Shown: positions 19,460-30,323, counted from the stretch's first letter. The stretch is DNA of 64,000 nt from a virus (IMGVR_UViG_3300032236_000109:1016-65015), one strand, 5' to 3'. Notes: generated by a model not told the origin, from the sequence alone. Numbers and translations are program-made.

Positions 19460-21615
19460 ACATTACTCAGTTATCGGAACAGTTAAAAGACGTTCCACAG
19501 AATCGCCTAATAGATTACGCTAAGAATCCTAATAGCGTAGTTCCACAGTTCTTGGCTTTGGCAGAAATACAACGCCGCCAACAATTAAGCGCACAAGCTC
19601 AGCCACCACAGTCTACTGTTGCGAATGACGTATTGTCACAAGCTGCTCCACAAGTTGATCCTACAATTGCAAGAGCGCAAATGATGCAACAGCAACAACC
19701 ACAATCAGCTCAAATGGCTCAGCAGTTGCCAGAGAATCAGCCCGGCGTTGCTCAGTTACCATCTGGTGTAGCTCCACAAGGATTTGCTAATGGCGGGATT
19801 GTAGCGTTTGCTAGTGGTGATTTAGTAGATGATGATGAAGAAGAAAGCCGTGAAATGGCTAAACTGTTTCCAAAGTCTAGGATTACTATGGAAGATATTA
19901 TGTCTCTTCCAAGACAAATTGGTTCTGGTATTAGCTCTTTGGCAGATAAACTTCCTAAGTCTTATGAAGCAACTAAAGCCGCTCAAGATCAAGCAGGTAT
20001 AGCAAGTTTTGCAAGACCAAAAGCAATGCATCCATTAGAAGAAAAAGCTATTGCTGCGGCTGATAAACTTGGTTTAGATCGTAATATTATGTTGCATGCA
20101 CTTTATAAGGAAACGGGCGGACACAAGGATCCAGAGCATGCAGTTTCAAAAGCTGGAGCATATGGTCCAATGCAGATTATGGAAGCAACAGCTAAAGACC
20201 TTGGTATAGATCGCAAAAATACAGAAGAAAATCTTTATGGTGGAGCAAAGTATTTAAAACAATTGCACGATAAATATGGAGATGCAAAATTAGCGTTAGC
20301 TGCATATAACGCTGGTCCCGGAAATGTTGATAAAGCACTTAAGCGTAAAGGCGGTTTAGATACCCTTGCTGGTGAAACTCGTAACTATATTGCTGGTTTA
20401 GCTAAAGGCGGCGATATCAAGAGTTATGCTGGAAATGGTCCAGACGGTAGCGATGTACAAGATGATAGTTTAAAAGACAACGAATACATGAATCGTAGTC
20501 GTGGCGTAGTTGATTTGGTAAAAAGTGCTGGAGACGCATTAACTAACCCTAAAAACTATGACCTGTATGATATGTATCAACGTAACATTGGTCAGCCATT
20601 TGCAAACAAAATCAATAGCATGATTAATGAAACACCAGAAGAACAGGCTGCAAAATTCCGTTCATACTCAATGACTCCAAACAAAGAGCCAGAGGTTGGA
20701 TACAAAGTTCCTGTTGGATCTAATACGCCAGTTCCATCTGGACCTGCAACACCTTCTCCATATGGTGCTAGTGAAAATGAACGTCTACGTGCTCGTTATC
20801 CTGCTCCAATTGCTAGACCATCTGCTGGTCCAAGTGAACAAGATTTTAGAGACTTTGATCAGGCGGCTGCATTGTTCCAAGCAGAGAATGCAAATAAACA
20901 ACCTATGCCTAGAACTACTGAGTCAAAATCTGATTTGTATGAAGAAGCTTTAGCTAAACAGATTGAAGACCAAGCTGCGTCATTAGCTAAGCAAGGCAAG
21001 ATTGATCAAGCTCTTGCTGTTTTACAAACTGGCTTCGGCATTATGAAATCTGCTGGCACTGTTAAAGCTGGTGAAAGACGTACATTCCTTGGAGACATTG
21101 CTGGCGGTGCAGAACAAGGTATTAACACTTATGCAGCGCTTGGTAAACAAAGGGCGGATACTGCTAAAGATATTATGGGCGCTCGCTTAGGATTGTTTAA
21201 GTATGGCGCATCTAAAGAAGCTTCTTTAAGAGAAGAAGAGAGAATGCAAAAAATGTATGCAGATCGTCTTGGTATGTCTAAAGAAGAACTTGCTGAAAAA
21301 ATGCGAGCGCATAACATGTCTGAAAAACAACATGCTAATACTTTATTGCAACATGCCATAGGTTTAAAAGAAACTGCTTGGAGCAAAGATGCAATGAACG
21401 TTGGCAAGTCTGATGCAGAAAAAAATGCTTATATTTATGGCGACCCTTACATTCAACAACTTGCTCAAAATACTGGATTAGACTTATCTAAACTAGTGCC
21501 ATCTGTTGGCGTTCCCCAAGCAGCTATTGATGCTTTGAGAAAGGATCCTAGCAGAAAAGCGGAATTTGATGGAAAATACGGATCTGGAGCTGCTGATAGA
21601 ATTCTAGGCAAATAA
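19456..21615 (+). CDS. Internal virion protein with lytic transglycosylase (SLT) domain
   Basis: ET..S.AGAYGPMQIM..TA; ENLYGGAKYL; ALAAYNAGPGNV. Confidence 0.85.
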   Translation: MNITQLSEQLKDVPQNRLIDYAKNPNSVVPQFLALAEIQRRQQLSAQAQPPQSTVANDVLSQAAPQVDPTIARAQMMQQQQPQSAQMAQQLPENQPGVAQLPSGVAPQGFANGGIVAFASGDLVDDDEEESREMAKLFPKSRITMEDIMSLPRQIGSGISSLADKLPKSYEATKAAQDQAGIASFARPKAMHPLEEKAIAAADKLGLDRNIMLHALYKETGGHKDPEHAVSKAGAYGPMQIMEATAKDLGIDRKNTEENLYGGAKYLKQLHDKYGDAKLALAAYNAGPGNVDKALKRKGGLDTLAGETRNYIAGLAKGGDIKSYAGNGPDGSDVQDDSLKDNEYMNRSRGVVDLVKSAGDALTNPKNYDLYDMYQRNIGQPFANKINSMINETPEEQAAKFRSYSMTPNKEPEVGYKVPVGSNTPVPSGPATPSPYGASENERLRARYPAPIARPSAGPSEQDFRDFDQAAALFQAENANKQPMPRTTESKSDLYEEALAKQIEDQAASLAKQGKIDQALAVLQTGFGIMKSAGTVKAGERRTFLGDIAGGAEQGINTYAALGKQRADTAKDIMGARLGLFKYGASKEASLREEERMQKMYADRLGMSKEELAEKMRAHNMSEKQHANTLLQHAIGLKETAWSKDAMNVGKSDAEKNAYIYGDPYIQQLAQNTGLDLSKLVPSVGVPQAAIDALRKDPSRKAEFDGKYGSGAADRILGK

Positions 21616-24600
21616 TGGCAAACTACTTCGATCAATTTGACCAGCCATCTGGTGGCAAAAACTTTTTTGATCAGTTTGATGAGCCAAAAGAAAAACGTGA
21701 TACCGGGTTTACTGGTTCCGCTAAAGCGACCTTAGAAGACATAAAAGGTCAGGGCGCCCTTACTCTTGGCAAGATTGGTCTAATGGATAAGGCGGAAGCA
21801 GAACAATATGCTGCCGCTCAAAAAGCAAAATCAGAAAAAATATTCCAGCCTACACAAAAAGGTTGGACAGAAGCCTCCGGTGAGAAGATTCGTGAGATGC
21901 TTGGTAGCACTGCTGCCTATGCTGCAGCACCTTTAGCCGCTGCTGGTGCTACGGCATTACTTCCTGAGTTTGCGGTTGCTGGTATTGGCGGAGCTACGTT
22001 GGCTGGTCTTGGCGTTGGCACAGCACAATATACTGGTACCAATTTAGCACGTCAGATGGAAACCGGTAAACGATTGGCAGATACTAGCTTGTTAAATGCT
22101 GGAGCTGCTGCGGTTGGTGAATCAGTATTGGATCGAGTTTCCTTTGGAATGATGCCCGGAATCCGTAAGATCTTTACTGCCGCTGGAAAAGACTTGTCTG
22201 AAGAGGCTGTAAAAACAATAGCCAAGAAAGGTCTCTTAGCAACCGCTGGAGAGTACGCTTTAGCGGGCGGTAAGGCGGCAGGTACCGAAGGTGCAACGGA
22301 AGCAGCACAAGCGTTTTTAGAGCGTTTACAAGCTGGTTTAAATATATCCAATGCACAAGCCCGTGATGAATACTTCCAGAACTTTATTGGTGGAGCTATT
22401 TTAGGTGGAGCTGTATCTGGTCCCGGTAGGTTTATTGAAAAAAGCTTTGCCCCTAAAGGCGCTGCTCCCGGTCAAGAGCCAGAAGAAAAGGCTCCAAAAG
22501 TATCTGAGATTTACCCAACTGCTGAGCCTGTTACATCTGCTGGATTACAACCGATTGTGCAACCAGCCCCAATTGCACCAGAAGCCCCTGTAGCGGCTCC
22601 TCCTTCTGCTCCAGCACCTATGCCATCACCTACTGCTGAAGTTGCTCTTGTAGAGGCTCCTGTAGAGGCTCCTGCAGCCCCTCCAATGGTTCCAAAGTCT
22701 GCAATCCCAAGCGGTCAATTGGATATGGCAACTACTGTTCCAACTCAAGAAATTCCCGGTCAAGCATTAGACCAACACAACTTTGCCTTTATGGATAAGG
22801 GAAATATTCAAAGTGTTTATGGGAATATTGTAGATAAAAACGGCGTTCCATATATTGAATACACAACTAAAAGCGGCAACAAAGGATCACGAAAATTTAC
22901 CAATGATGTAGTGGTAAACCCTAATCCAGATCAAATGGATTTGCTTGAAGCATATCACGACAAAGAAAAAACAGAACGTGAAAGTGATGATTTTAAAAAG
23001 TGGCTGTTTAAGCAAAAGATAAACACTGCTGAAAAAGCAGACATGGGTTTAGATCCTAGATTTTTGTCCCCATACATTTCCGACAATGGCAAATCTATAG
23101 ATGAACTAACTGCTGATGCAATCTCTAATGGTATTTTAAATGAGAAAGACTTAACAGAAGGTGTTGGCGGCGTAGAGTCTATGCGTGAAATTTTGCATGA
23201 TGTTTTGGTCAACGGCGCTCGTGCGCCATCTCCAGAAAATCAAGCATACGAACAAAGATTGGCTGGCGCTAAAGGTCGCATTGAAGCAATCGAAAGTCAA
23301 TTAGAGCCTATCCCAGAAGAAGTTGATAGCGAACTAGCCCAGCAAAAAATGGCTGAGCTTGAAGAGCTTCCGTTGCAATATTCTAAAGCTACCGTAGAAG
23401 AGAAAAAAGCTGCAAGCGATGTAGCCGCTCATTACAAAGGTGATCTTGTTTGGCAAGAAGGACCATTAGCGCTTGTAAGAGATTACGGAGTTCAAGAAAA
23501 ATCTACTGGGCAGCCATTGTATCGTTTTGTTAAAAACAGATCTGCTGCAAACTATAGATTAGAAGACATGTCTCCAGCCTCTCTTGGAATTACTCAAGAG
23601 CAAAAAGACAGAATTGTTGGAATAAAAAACCAAATAGAAAAAGAAGCTCAAGAAAAGCACGATCAAAAACCATTTCTAACTATCAAGCAAGGTGTTACTG
23701 GATCACCGGACTTGCATAAAAACATTTTGCCAATTGCAAAAAATTGGGCAAAGATACTTGGTATCAATGCAAATGTCTATATTACTACTAGCGAAGACGC
23801 TTTAGCAAACCGTGAAAATTATACGGGACCACATAGAATTATTGGTTACATGGGCGGTAAAGACGTACCCGGCGTGATGACCAAGATTGATGACAATAAC
23901 TATGCAATTGTTTTAAGAAAAACTACCAGTCCATCCAAAATGCTTGAAACATTAGCACACGAGATGGGTCACATTCACGAAAAAAATGTATTTGATCAAG
24001 CGGATCCAGAAACAAAACAAGCGATTATCAAAGATTTTAACAAATGGATGAGCAGTCTTTCAAAGGAAACTTTGGCAAAAGAAATGATTCATACAAATCT
24101 TCCAAAAACAATGGCACAAACTACTGAGATGCCAGAGGGATTGAAAGTAAAAAATGTAAACAATTTGCAGTATTGGACAAAGTTTGCTGAATGGTATGCA
24201 AACCAAGTGGCTAGATGGTCTGTAACTAGCGATAAACCTGTAAGCGTTGTAGAAAAGTTCTTTAAAAAACTTGCAGATGCGATGCGCAGATTTTACCAAA
24301 CTGCTAAAGGTCAAAAGTATTTGCCAACAGAAAACATGAAGCAATTTTTGGATAACATTGCATCCAAAGTTACTTTTGCTGAGTATGCAGAATCTAAAGA
24401 ACCTAAAGGTCAAATGGCGCTTTTTGCCAAAGGAAAGGTTGAGGCTGCACCATCTGGCAAGTTAAGCAACGCTCCTCCTAAAACATTTACTAAGATTACT
24501 CCACAGCAAACTGCTGGTGAGAAGCTGCAGACCATTAACGCTAATGTTAAGAATGCATGGAATGATGATAAGTTTTGGACCAAAATACGTAATGAATGGA

Positions 24601-27212
24601 TTGATCCTAGTTCCGGATTAACTAAGAGCTTGCAGTCTGAAGAGACATTTAAAGATGGTCAGTTACGTGCAGATATGCTGAACCATGCCCAAGCTCAAAG
24701 CATTAACTTAATTAAGAATGGTCTACTAACCGGTATGCCAGTTCTCAATAAAGACGGCTCTATCGTTATTGACGAAAGCGAAAACAATCTAGCTCGTTCT
24801 CAGACCATTGCTGACAGCATTGACAATAACTCATATGTTAGGTCTTCTGGATTAAGTGGACGTGCTTATATAGCTGAGATTGCCCGTGCGATGCGTGGTA
24901 AAGAGATTATGGAAGAGGATGCTGCTCGCCGTAAGCTAGGTATCCAGCAACTTAAACAAGCCAAGGAAGCCATTAAAGCGGCGCAAGAAGCCCGTGATGA
25001 GAAGCGCCCTATTGGTGAGATTCGCAATCATTTAAACCGTGCTAAAGACTTACGCAAGCAGGGATACGAAAACAAGTCCATGAACCGTGAGCTACAGGTA
25101 GATCAAGCTCAAATTGATTGGGCAGAAAAACAACTTAAGAATGTACCAGAAGTAAAACAAGTTCTTGACATCTGGAAAAACGTAAACGATAGCTTGGTTA
25201 AGTTATGGGAAAGCGTTGGTTTGTTGACCAAAGATCAGGCAGATAATTACCTAAGCAAGAAATCCTATGTTCCATTGTTTAAATCTCGTGAAGACTTAAG
25301 CGATAAGCCTACTGGATTTGGCGGCACTGGATTGAAAACCGCTAAAGAATTAAAGCGTTTAAAAGGTGCTGATATTGATCGCAACATTTGGGAAAACGTA
25401 GAGAAGCACTATGCATCTATGGTGGCATCTGCTTACCAGAACCAAACTCGTAAAGTAGGATCTGAGCAACTGAAGTCCCTTGGATTAGCAGAAGTAACTG
25501 ACGCTACGAATCCAGACGTTAACCTACGCTATCGTGATCCAACAAGTGAGTTTTCTGACAATCAAGGTATTGTCCATATGATCATTGAGAACCCAAATGA
25601 TTTAGCGGCGTTTCAAATGATGCATTATGAGCTTGGACCGATAATGAAGGGTATGGCTGCTGCCAATAACTTGCTACGTGCTGGAGCGTTATTAAACCCT
25701 ATGTTCTGGATTAAGCAGTTAATCCGTGATCCAATACATGCAACATTGGTTACTAATAGCGGGATTGTTACTCCATTCCATTCAGCCAAAGGTTATTTAG
25801 ATATCCTGCGTGGTGACTCTAGAGAAGCGGGCATTCTTGCCAGAGCTGGCGTAATCGGTCAAATGGATTCTACTATTGATATCCATGACTTTTTAAAACA
25901 AGTAGGTCAAGAAAAGAAAACTCCATCTTTATTAGATAAAGCTATCCATAAAGCAATGAAGTTCCATGAGGCTTCTGATGCTGCAACCCGTGTAGCTATA
26001 TTTAAAGATCAAGAGAAACAAGCTTTAGCTAAAGGCATGAGCAAAGAAGATGCAGTGAACTATGCTGTATTTAAAGCTCGTGAGTCTATCAACTTTGCTA
26101 TTCACGGTACTTCTCCAATAATCAATAATTTACGCAATATGATTCCATTCTTATCTGCGTCTATTAACAGTTTGGATACTGTGTATCGTGCAGCAACTGG
26201 TTATGGCTTGCCTCCTGCAGAAAAGAAAGCCGCTCAGATGTTGTTTGTTAAGCGGGCTGCAATGATGTCTGTTATGGCTACAGCCTACGCAATGATGTAC
26301 CAAGGCGATGAAGATTATAAGAAGTTGCCAGATTACACCAAAGATAATAACTTCCTGTTGCCTAATCCATTTGGTGATGGTCATACGTTTATTAAGATTC
26401 CAGTGCCATTTGAAGTTGGATTCTTATTCAAGACTGTTCCAGAAGCGACTGTTCGTTACATGGCTGGCAATAGCACAGGAAAAGAAGTGCTTGGTTCTTA
26501 CTTAAGCGGTATTACTAATACCATTCCCGGCAACGGTATCTTATTGCCACAAGCAGTTAAGCCCGCATTTGAAGTAGTTACTAACCATTCATTCTTTACG
26601 CACCGTCCAATTGAGTCTATTGGTGAGCAGAATCTGCCAATAGCTATGCGTGGCGCTCGTGCTTCTGAAGTTTCTAAGCAATTAAGTTCTTTGGGATTAG
26701 ATAAGGTTGGATTATCCCCAGCTAAGATTGATTATTTAATCCAAGGATATGCTGCCGAGCTTGGTACATTTACAACTGGTATGGCTAGCTCTGCTGTTGA
26801 CTTGGCTACAGGTCAAGAACGTACCGCTAAGAATATTGAAGAGATGCCATTCTTTAAGTCGTTTATGACTAACCCTAAAGCTAGTAAGGCTATTGCTGAC
26901 TTTTATGATTTAACGCATACCGCTCAAGAAACAGTTAATGAGTTTAATCAATATAAGAAATTTGGTGAAGTTGAAAAGATTAAAGAATTAATGGCTAATG
27001 AGCAGAACCGTAAATTAATTGCGGCTGCTCCTGAGCTGCGTGGTATCCAGTCTCAAATGACTAATTTGCGTACCCAAATGAAGGTAATAGATCAAAACCA
27101 AAATATGGATCCTGAAGTACGCCGTCAAAGATTAAATGATTTACAGACTGTTTATGAAAGATTAGCGCTGCAAGGTGAAAAAATAGCAACAGCTATGAAA
27201 ATAGAAAGATAA
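21615..27212 (+). CDS. Large ejected/polyvalent protein (zincin-like HExxH plus LPD38-like C-terminus)
   Basis: 1865 aa; LAHEMGH..EWYAN; C-terminal IKIPVPFEVG..E..TN.SFFT.RPI..SPAKIDYLIQGY pattern. Confidence 0.7.
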   Translation: MANYFDQFDQPSGGKNFFDQFDEPKEKRDTGFTGSAKATLEDIKGQGALTLGKIGLMDKAEAEQYAAAQKAKSEKIFQPTQKGWTEASGEKIREMLGSTAAYAAAPLAAAGATALLPEFAVAGIGGATLAGLGVGTAQYTGTNLARQMETGKRLADTSLLNAGAAAVGESVLDRVSFGMMPGIRKIFTAAGKDLSEEAVKTIAKKGLLATAGEYALAGGKAAGTEGATEAAQAFLERLQAGLNISNAQARDEYFQNFIGGAILGGAVSGPGRFIEKSFAPKGAAPGQEPEEKAPKVSEIYPTAEPVTSAGLQPIVQPAPIAPEAPVAAPPSAPAPMPSPTAEVALVEAPVEAPAAPPMVPKSAIPSGQLDMATTVPTQEIPGQALDQHNFAFMDKGNIQSVYGNIVDKNGVPYIEYTTKSGNKGSRKFTNDVVVNPNPDQMDLLEAYHDKEKTERESDDFKKWLFKQKINTAEKADMGLDPRFLSPYISDNGKSIDELTADAISNGILNEKDLTEGVGGVESMREILHDVLVNGARAPSPENQAYEQRLAGAKGRIEAIESQLEPIPEEVDSELAQQKMAELEELPLQYSKATVEEKKAASDVAAHYKGDLVWQEGPLALVRDYGVQEKSTGQPLYRFVKNRSAANYRLEDMSPASLGITQEQKDRIVGIKNQIEKEAQEKHDQKPFLTIKQGVTGSPDLHKNILPIAKNWAKILGINANVYITTSEDALANRENYTGPHRIIGYMGGKDVPGVMTKIDDNNYAIVLRKTTSPSKMLETLAHEMGHIHEKNVFDQADPETKQAIIKDFNKWMSSLSKETLAKEMIHTNLPKTMAQTTEMPEGLKVKNVNNLQYWTKFAEWYANQVARWSVTSDKPVSVVEKFFKKLADAMRRFYQTAKGQKYLPTENMKQFLDNIASKVTFAEYAESKEPKGQMALFAKGKVEAAPSGKLSNAPPKTFTKITPQQTAGEKLQTINANVKNAWNDDKFWTKIRNEWIDPSSGLTKSLQSEETFKDGQLRADMLNHAQAQSINLIKNGLLTGMPVLNKDGSIVIDESENNLARSQTIADSIDNNSYVRSSGLSGRAYIAEIARAMRGKEIMEEDAARRKLGIQQLKQAKEAIKAAQEARDEKRPIGEIRNHLNRAKDLRKQGYENKSMNRELQVDQAQIDWAEKQLKNVPEVKQVLDIWKNVNDSLVKLWESVGLLTKDQADNYLSKKSYVPLFKSREDLSDKPTGFGGTGLKTAKELKRLKGADIDRNIWENVEKHYASMVASAYQNQTRKVGSEQLKSLGLAEVTDATNPDVNLRYRDPTSEFSDNQGIVHMIIENPNDLAAFQMMHYELGPIMKGMAAANNLLRAGALLNPMFWIKQLIRDPIHATLVTNSGIVTPFHSAKGYLDILRGDSREAGILARAGVIGQMDSTIDIHDFLKQVGQEKKTPSLLDKAIHKAMKFHEASDAATRVAIFKDQEKQALAKGMSKEDAVNYAVFKARESINFAIHGTSPIINNLRNMIPFLSASINSLDTVYRAATGYGLPPAEKKAAQMLFVKRAAMMSVMATAYAMMYQGDEDYKKLPDYTKDNNFLLPNPFGDGHTFIKIPVPFEVGFLFKTVPEATVRYMAGNSTGKEVLGSYLSGITNTIPGNGILLPQAVKPAFEVVTNHSFFTHRPIESIGEQNLPIAMRGARASEVSKQLSSLGLDKVGLSPAKIDYLIQGYAAELGTFTTGMASSAVDLATGQERTAKNIEEMPFFKSFMTNPKASKAIADFYDLTHTAQETVNEFNQYKKFGEVEKIKELMANEQNRKLIAAAPELRGIQSQMTNLRTQMKVIDQNQNMDPEVRRQRLNDLQTVYERLALQGEKIATAMKIER

Positions 27213-27299
27213 GTGATTTCCCTTATAAATCAAATAAATGTAGTGCATTCTTAAAATAATTGTGGTAAAACCTTTCTAACAATAAGAGAGGAGCTGCAA

Positions 27300-28268
27300 T
27301 TGAGTAACTATTATTTAACCGATGATCAGTTTATTGCCGAGTGGAAGAAGTTTGGAAGCCCTCAAAAGTTTGCAGAACAGCACAAGATGTCTGTGCGTTC
27401 GGTATATAACCGCAGACGGGTTTTAGAAACTAGATTAAAAATAAGTCTGCCGACATTAAATGACAGCAGATACGATCCATTAAAAAAGTTACAACAAACT
27501 CCCGGTCATTCTCGCCGTGGAATTGAGATGGAAAAAGGTCGAGTGGTTGTATTCTCAGATGCCCATTTCTGGCCCGATGAAGTCACTACCGCCTACAAAG
27601 CTCTTCTCTTAATCATTAAAGAATTTAAACCTAAAGTAATCGTAGCCAACGGCGATATGTTTGACGGCTCTCAAGCAAGCCGCCATGCCCGTATCGGATG
27701 GGAAAAGACCCCAACAGTCAAAGAAGAATTGCAAGCCTGTCAGGAGATGATGGGCGGGATTGAGAAGGCTGCTGTAGGAGCAGGTGCAGAACTTATTTGG
27801 ACACTGGGAAACCATGATGCCCGCTTTGAGACTTTCCTATCAGCCCAGATGGGAACCTATGAGGGAGTAGCAGGGTTTACCCTTAAAGACCATTTCCCTA
27901 TGTGGAAGCCATGCTGGTCATATTGGATCAATGAAGACACCTGTATTAAGCACCGTTGGAAAGGTGGATTTGGAGCTGGTCGTGCCAATGCCCTTAATGC
28001 TGGCGTAAACATGGTTACAGGACACACACACAATTTGGCAGTGCAACCCATTACCGATTACAACGGAACCCGCTATGGCATCCAAACGGGCTGCCTAGCC
28101 GATCCTAATGGGGAACAGTTCATGGCGTATACAGAAGACTCTCCAAAAGACTGGAGATCAGGGTTTACCCTTATGTCTTTTGAGCGTGGTAGACTAATGC
28201 TTCCAGAGTTAATACAGGTATGCGGTGAGGACGAATTTGAGTTCCGAGGCTGCATAAATAAAGTATGA
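27300..28268 (+). CDS. Calcineurin-like metallophosphoesterase with N-terminal HTH-like region
   Basis: SDAH, GDMFD, GNHD, GHTH motifs; GAGGAG RBS; TTG start. Confidence 0.88.
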   Translation: MSNYYLTDDQFIAEWKKFGSPQKFAEQHKMSVRSVYNRRRVLETRLKISLPTLNDSRYDPLKKLQQTPGHSRRGIEMEKGRVVVFSDAHFWPDEVTTAYKALLLIIKEFKPKVIVANGDMFDGSQASRHARIGWEKTPTVKEELQACQEMMGGIEKAAVGAGAELIWTLGNHDARFETFLSAQMGTYEGVAGFTLKDHFPMWKPCWSYWINEDTCIKHRWKGGFGAGRANALNAGVNMVTGHTHNLAVQPITDYNGTRYGIQTGCLADPNGEQFMAYTEDSPKDWRSGFTLMSFERGRLMLPELIQVCGEDEFEFRGCINKV

Positions 28269-28612
28269 AGCTAAGTCCAGCAATCCTTAAGAATTTGTAC
28301 AGTGCAATCTACTGTATGAAGCCCTTTGACCGCTGGGAAATGCCATTACCTGAAGAGATTAACTTTGTTGTTGATCAAGACCCAGAAGTGATGGGTACTT
28401 ATTACTATGATGATGGCGGTGACTTTGAACATATCATCACCATTTCATCCAAGAAATGCGGTCATTTATCGACCGTAATCAGGGTTCTGTGCCATGAATG
28501 CGTCCACATGAGCAGACATAAGACGCATCGTTGGACCCACCATGACGCTGAATTCAGGCGGCGAACTAAACGTATTTCTGACGAGCTGGGGTTTGATCCG
28601 CTCGAATTGTGA
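28265..28612 (+). CDS. SprT-like zinc metalloprotease
   Basis: LCHECVH..HDAEF. Confidence 0.7.
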   Translation: MKLSPAILKNLYSAIYCMKPFDRWEMPLPEEINFVVDQDPEVMGTYYYDDGGDFEHIITISSKKCGHLSTVIRVLCHECVHMSRHKTHRWTHHDAEFRRRTKRISDELGFDPLEL

Positions 28613-28616
28613 TACT

Positions 28617-28907
28617 TCATTTTCGTGCTGCGATCTCTCCCAGTTTCTGGTTGACTCGCTCCAGTAGCTCCTGTTGGGTAACTTTCCATTTATGCTCAAA
28701 ACCTTTTGCACCCAGTCCGTGAACGCCACTGTTTCCCCGATGGTGTTCCGGGCAAAGTGGTATGACTGGGGATGAAGACCTTTTGCCACCAAACCGTCTG
28801 ATGTGATGCAGTTCTGCTGGGCTACCTTCAAACCCAAGGACGGTGGAACAGAGAATACATCCGAGGCTTGCAATCTGGTTAAGTGCGTTCTTTTCATCTT
28901 TGGTCAT
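28617..28907 (-). CDS. Ref-like RecA-dependent HNH nuclease
   Basis: LGCILC..PAELHHIR..VIPLCPEHHR. Confidence 0.75.
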   Translation of the reverse strand: MTKDEKNALNQIASLGCILCSTVLGFEGSPAELHHIRRFGGKRSSSPVIPLCPEHHRGNSGVHGLGAKGFEHKWKVTQQELLERVNQKLGEIAARK

Positions 28908-29158
28908 TTCAAATCAATCATCTTACGAATATGTTCGGCAGCAATATCAATTGGCGTAATTGCTTTGGGTTCTATTTTAATAATGTAACCATCAGCCACA
29001 TGCCAGCCATGGTTAGTATCTCGGATTAACATTCCATGATCCATCAGCGCTCGTGTATGGGCGCCAATAGAAGCCCTTCCTAACCCTACATTGATGTCAA
29101 TTGACTTGACCCCCGGATTCTGGGCTATGAACTGCAATATCAGCGTTTTCTTGTCCAT
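28904..29158 (-). CDS. Winged-helix DNA-binding protein
   Basis: ILQFIAQNPG..GLGRASIGAH.RAL..G.L pattern. Confidence 0.55.
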   Translation of the reverse strand: MDKKTLILQFIAQNPGVKSIDINVGLGRASIGAHTRALMDHGMLIRDTNHGWHVADGYIIKIEPKAITPIDIAAEHIRKMIDLK

Positions 29159-29415
29159 TGTAGAAATAATAGCTCCCGTCTTCCAATATCTTATATTGCG
29201 GCGTAGACATTCCAGCCGCTTTAAGAGCTAGTATAACCTCTTCTATTTCATCCATGGTTGATTCCTTTTAGCTTGGGCGCAAGCTCGTTGTACGTCTGCT
29301 GGATCCTTGGTTGTAACCTCAGAGCAAGCATACACAGTGGGGTACTCTATCTGCGTGTTAAGAACCCATGCAAATAGAGCTATTAAAAATACTGTACAAG
29401 CCAAGATCCCATTCA

Positions 29416-29637
29416 TTATTCGGCGCTCCGGCGTTTACGCTTAGGAACAATATCAACAATCCCGCCAGTAGAAGATCCGCTCTCCAGTTCTTTAATCAAA
29501 GCATCGGCGCATTCAACTGACACTTGCGCTAGATACTCTTCAGTAAATTCTTTATGACTTTGGTATCCCTGCAGCAATCCATTCATGGCAAAGCAGCTTG
29601 CCAAGAATCTCATGTGTTCTTTGTCTTTATTTTCCAT
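29416..29637 (-). CDS. Small helical protein (AMxGL..ADAL family)
   Basis: FAMNGLL..ADALIKEL resembles 40574-40765 and 47317-47538. Confidence 0.55.
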   Translation of the reverse strand: MENKDKEHMRFLASCFAMNGLLQGYQSHKEFTEEYLAQVSVECADALIKELESGSSTGGIVDIVPKRKRRSAE

Positions 29638-29914
29638 GTTGCTCCAGCATATCAATGCGTTCTACCAGTATATCGCTAAGCCTATCATTACCAATCAATA
29701 GGATGGACGCTTCTTTGGTTTCTCTGACTACATTAGATGCGTCTCTTAAACCTTTGTTGTAACCGCTAGTAAACTCATCGCCACCGTTAAAAGCCGTAAT
29801 GAGAGCATCCCTAATAAAAGCAGATGCCCTACGGCTTTGAGATAACTTCTTAAGCTTATTGATTAAGCTCTGTGGCAGATAAATGCTATACGGCTTTAGC
29901 AATTCATCAGGCAT
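29627..29914 (-). CDS. Ribbon-helix-helix-like regulator
   Basis: YSIYLPQSLINKL..SAFIRDAL. Confidence 0.55.
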   Translation of the reverse strand: MPDELLKPYSIYLPQSLINKLKKLSQSRRASAFIRDALITAFNGGDEFTSGYNKGLRDASNVVRETKEASILLIGNDRLSDILVERIDMLEQHGK

Positions 29915-30323
29915 TTTTCCATTCCTTATATTGTGCATATATTTCTTTAAACGCATTTTGAGCATTTGGATTGGTTTTGATATCTGACCTAGAACTAATT
30001 TCTAAATAAGACTGCATCCACTCAATACAAGCAGGTTCATTGCGTTCAAACAACTGACCATCTTCATACAGGAAGTTCCAAAACTCTTTATCCCTGCACA
30101 ACATACCAGCCAACTTGACTAGCTGGGCGCCCGCATATTCTTCACGATTAAGCGGCGTTTCAGAATCAGCTAAACGAACCATGACTACCATGTACCTAGC
30201 ACCTACAAAGTCCCTTAGAATTTCTTCTGGAATCTCATCGGGATGGATTGCAAGCGTTAGGACATGACCGTCTTTAGTCTGCTTGAGAGCTACCTTCTTG
30301 GCTTCAAACTGACTGGTTTCCAT
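29907..30323 (-). CDS. Hypothetical conserved phage protein
   Basis: 138 aa ORF coupled to its neighbours. Confidence 0.65.
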   Translation of the reverse strand: METSQFEAKKVALKQTKDGHVLTLAIHPDEIPEEILRDFVGARYMVVMVRLADSETPLNREEYAGAQLVKLAGMLCRDKEFWNFLYEDGQLFERNEPACIEWMQSYLEISSRSDIKTNPNAQNAFKEIYAQYKEWKNA

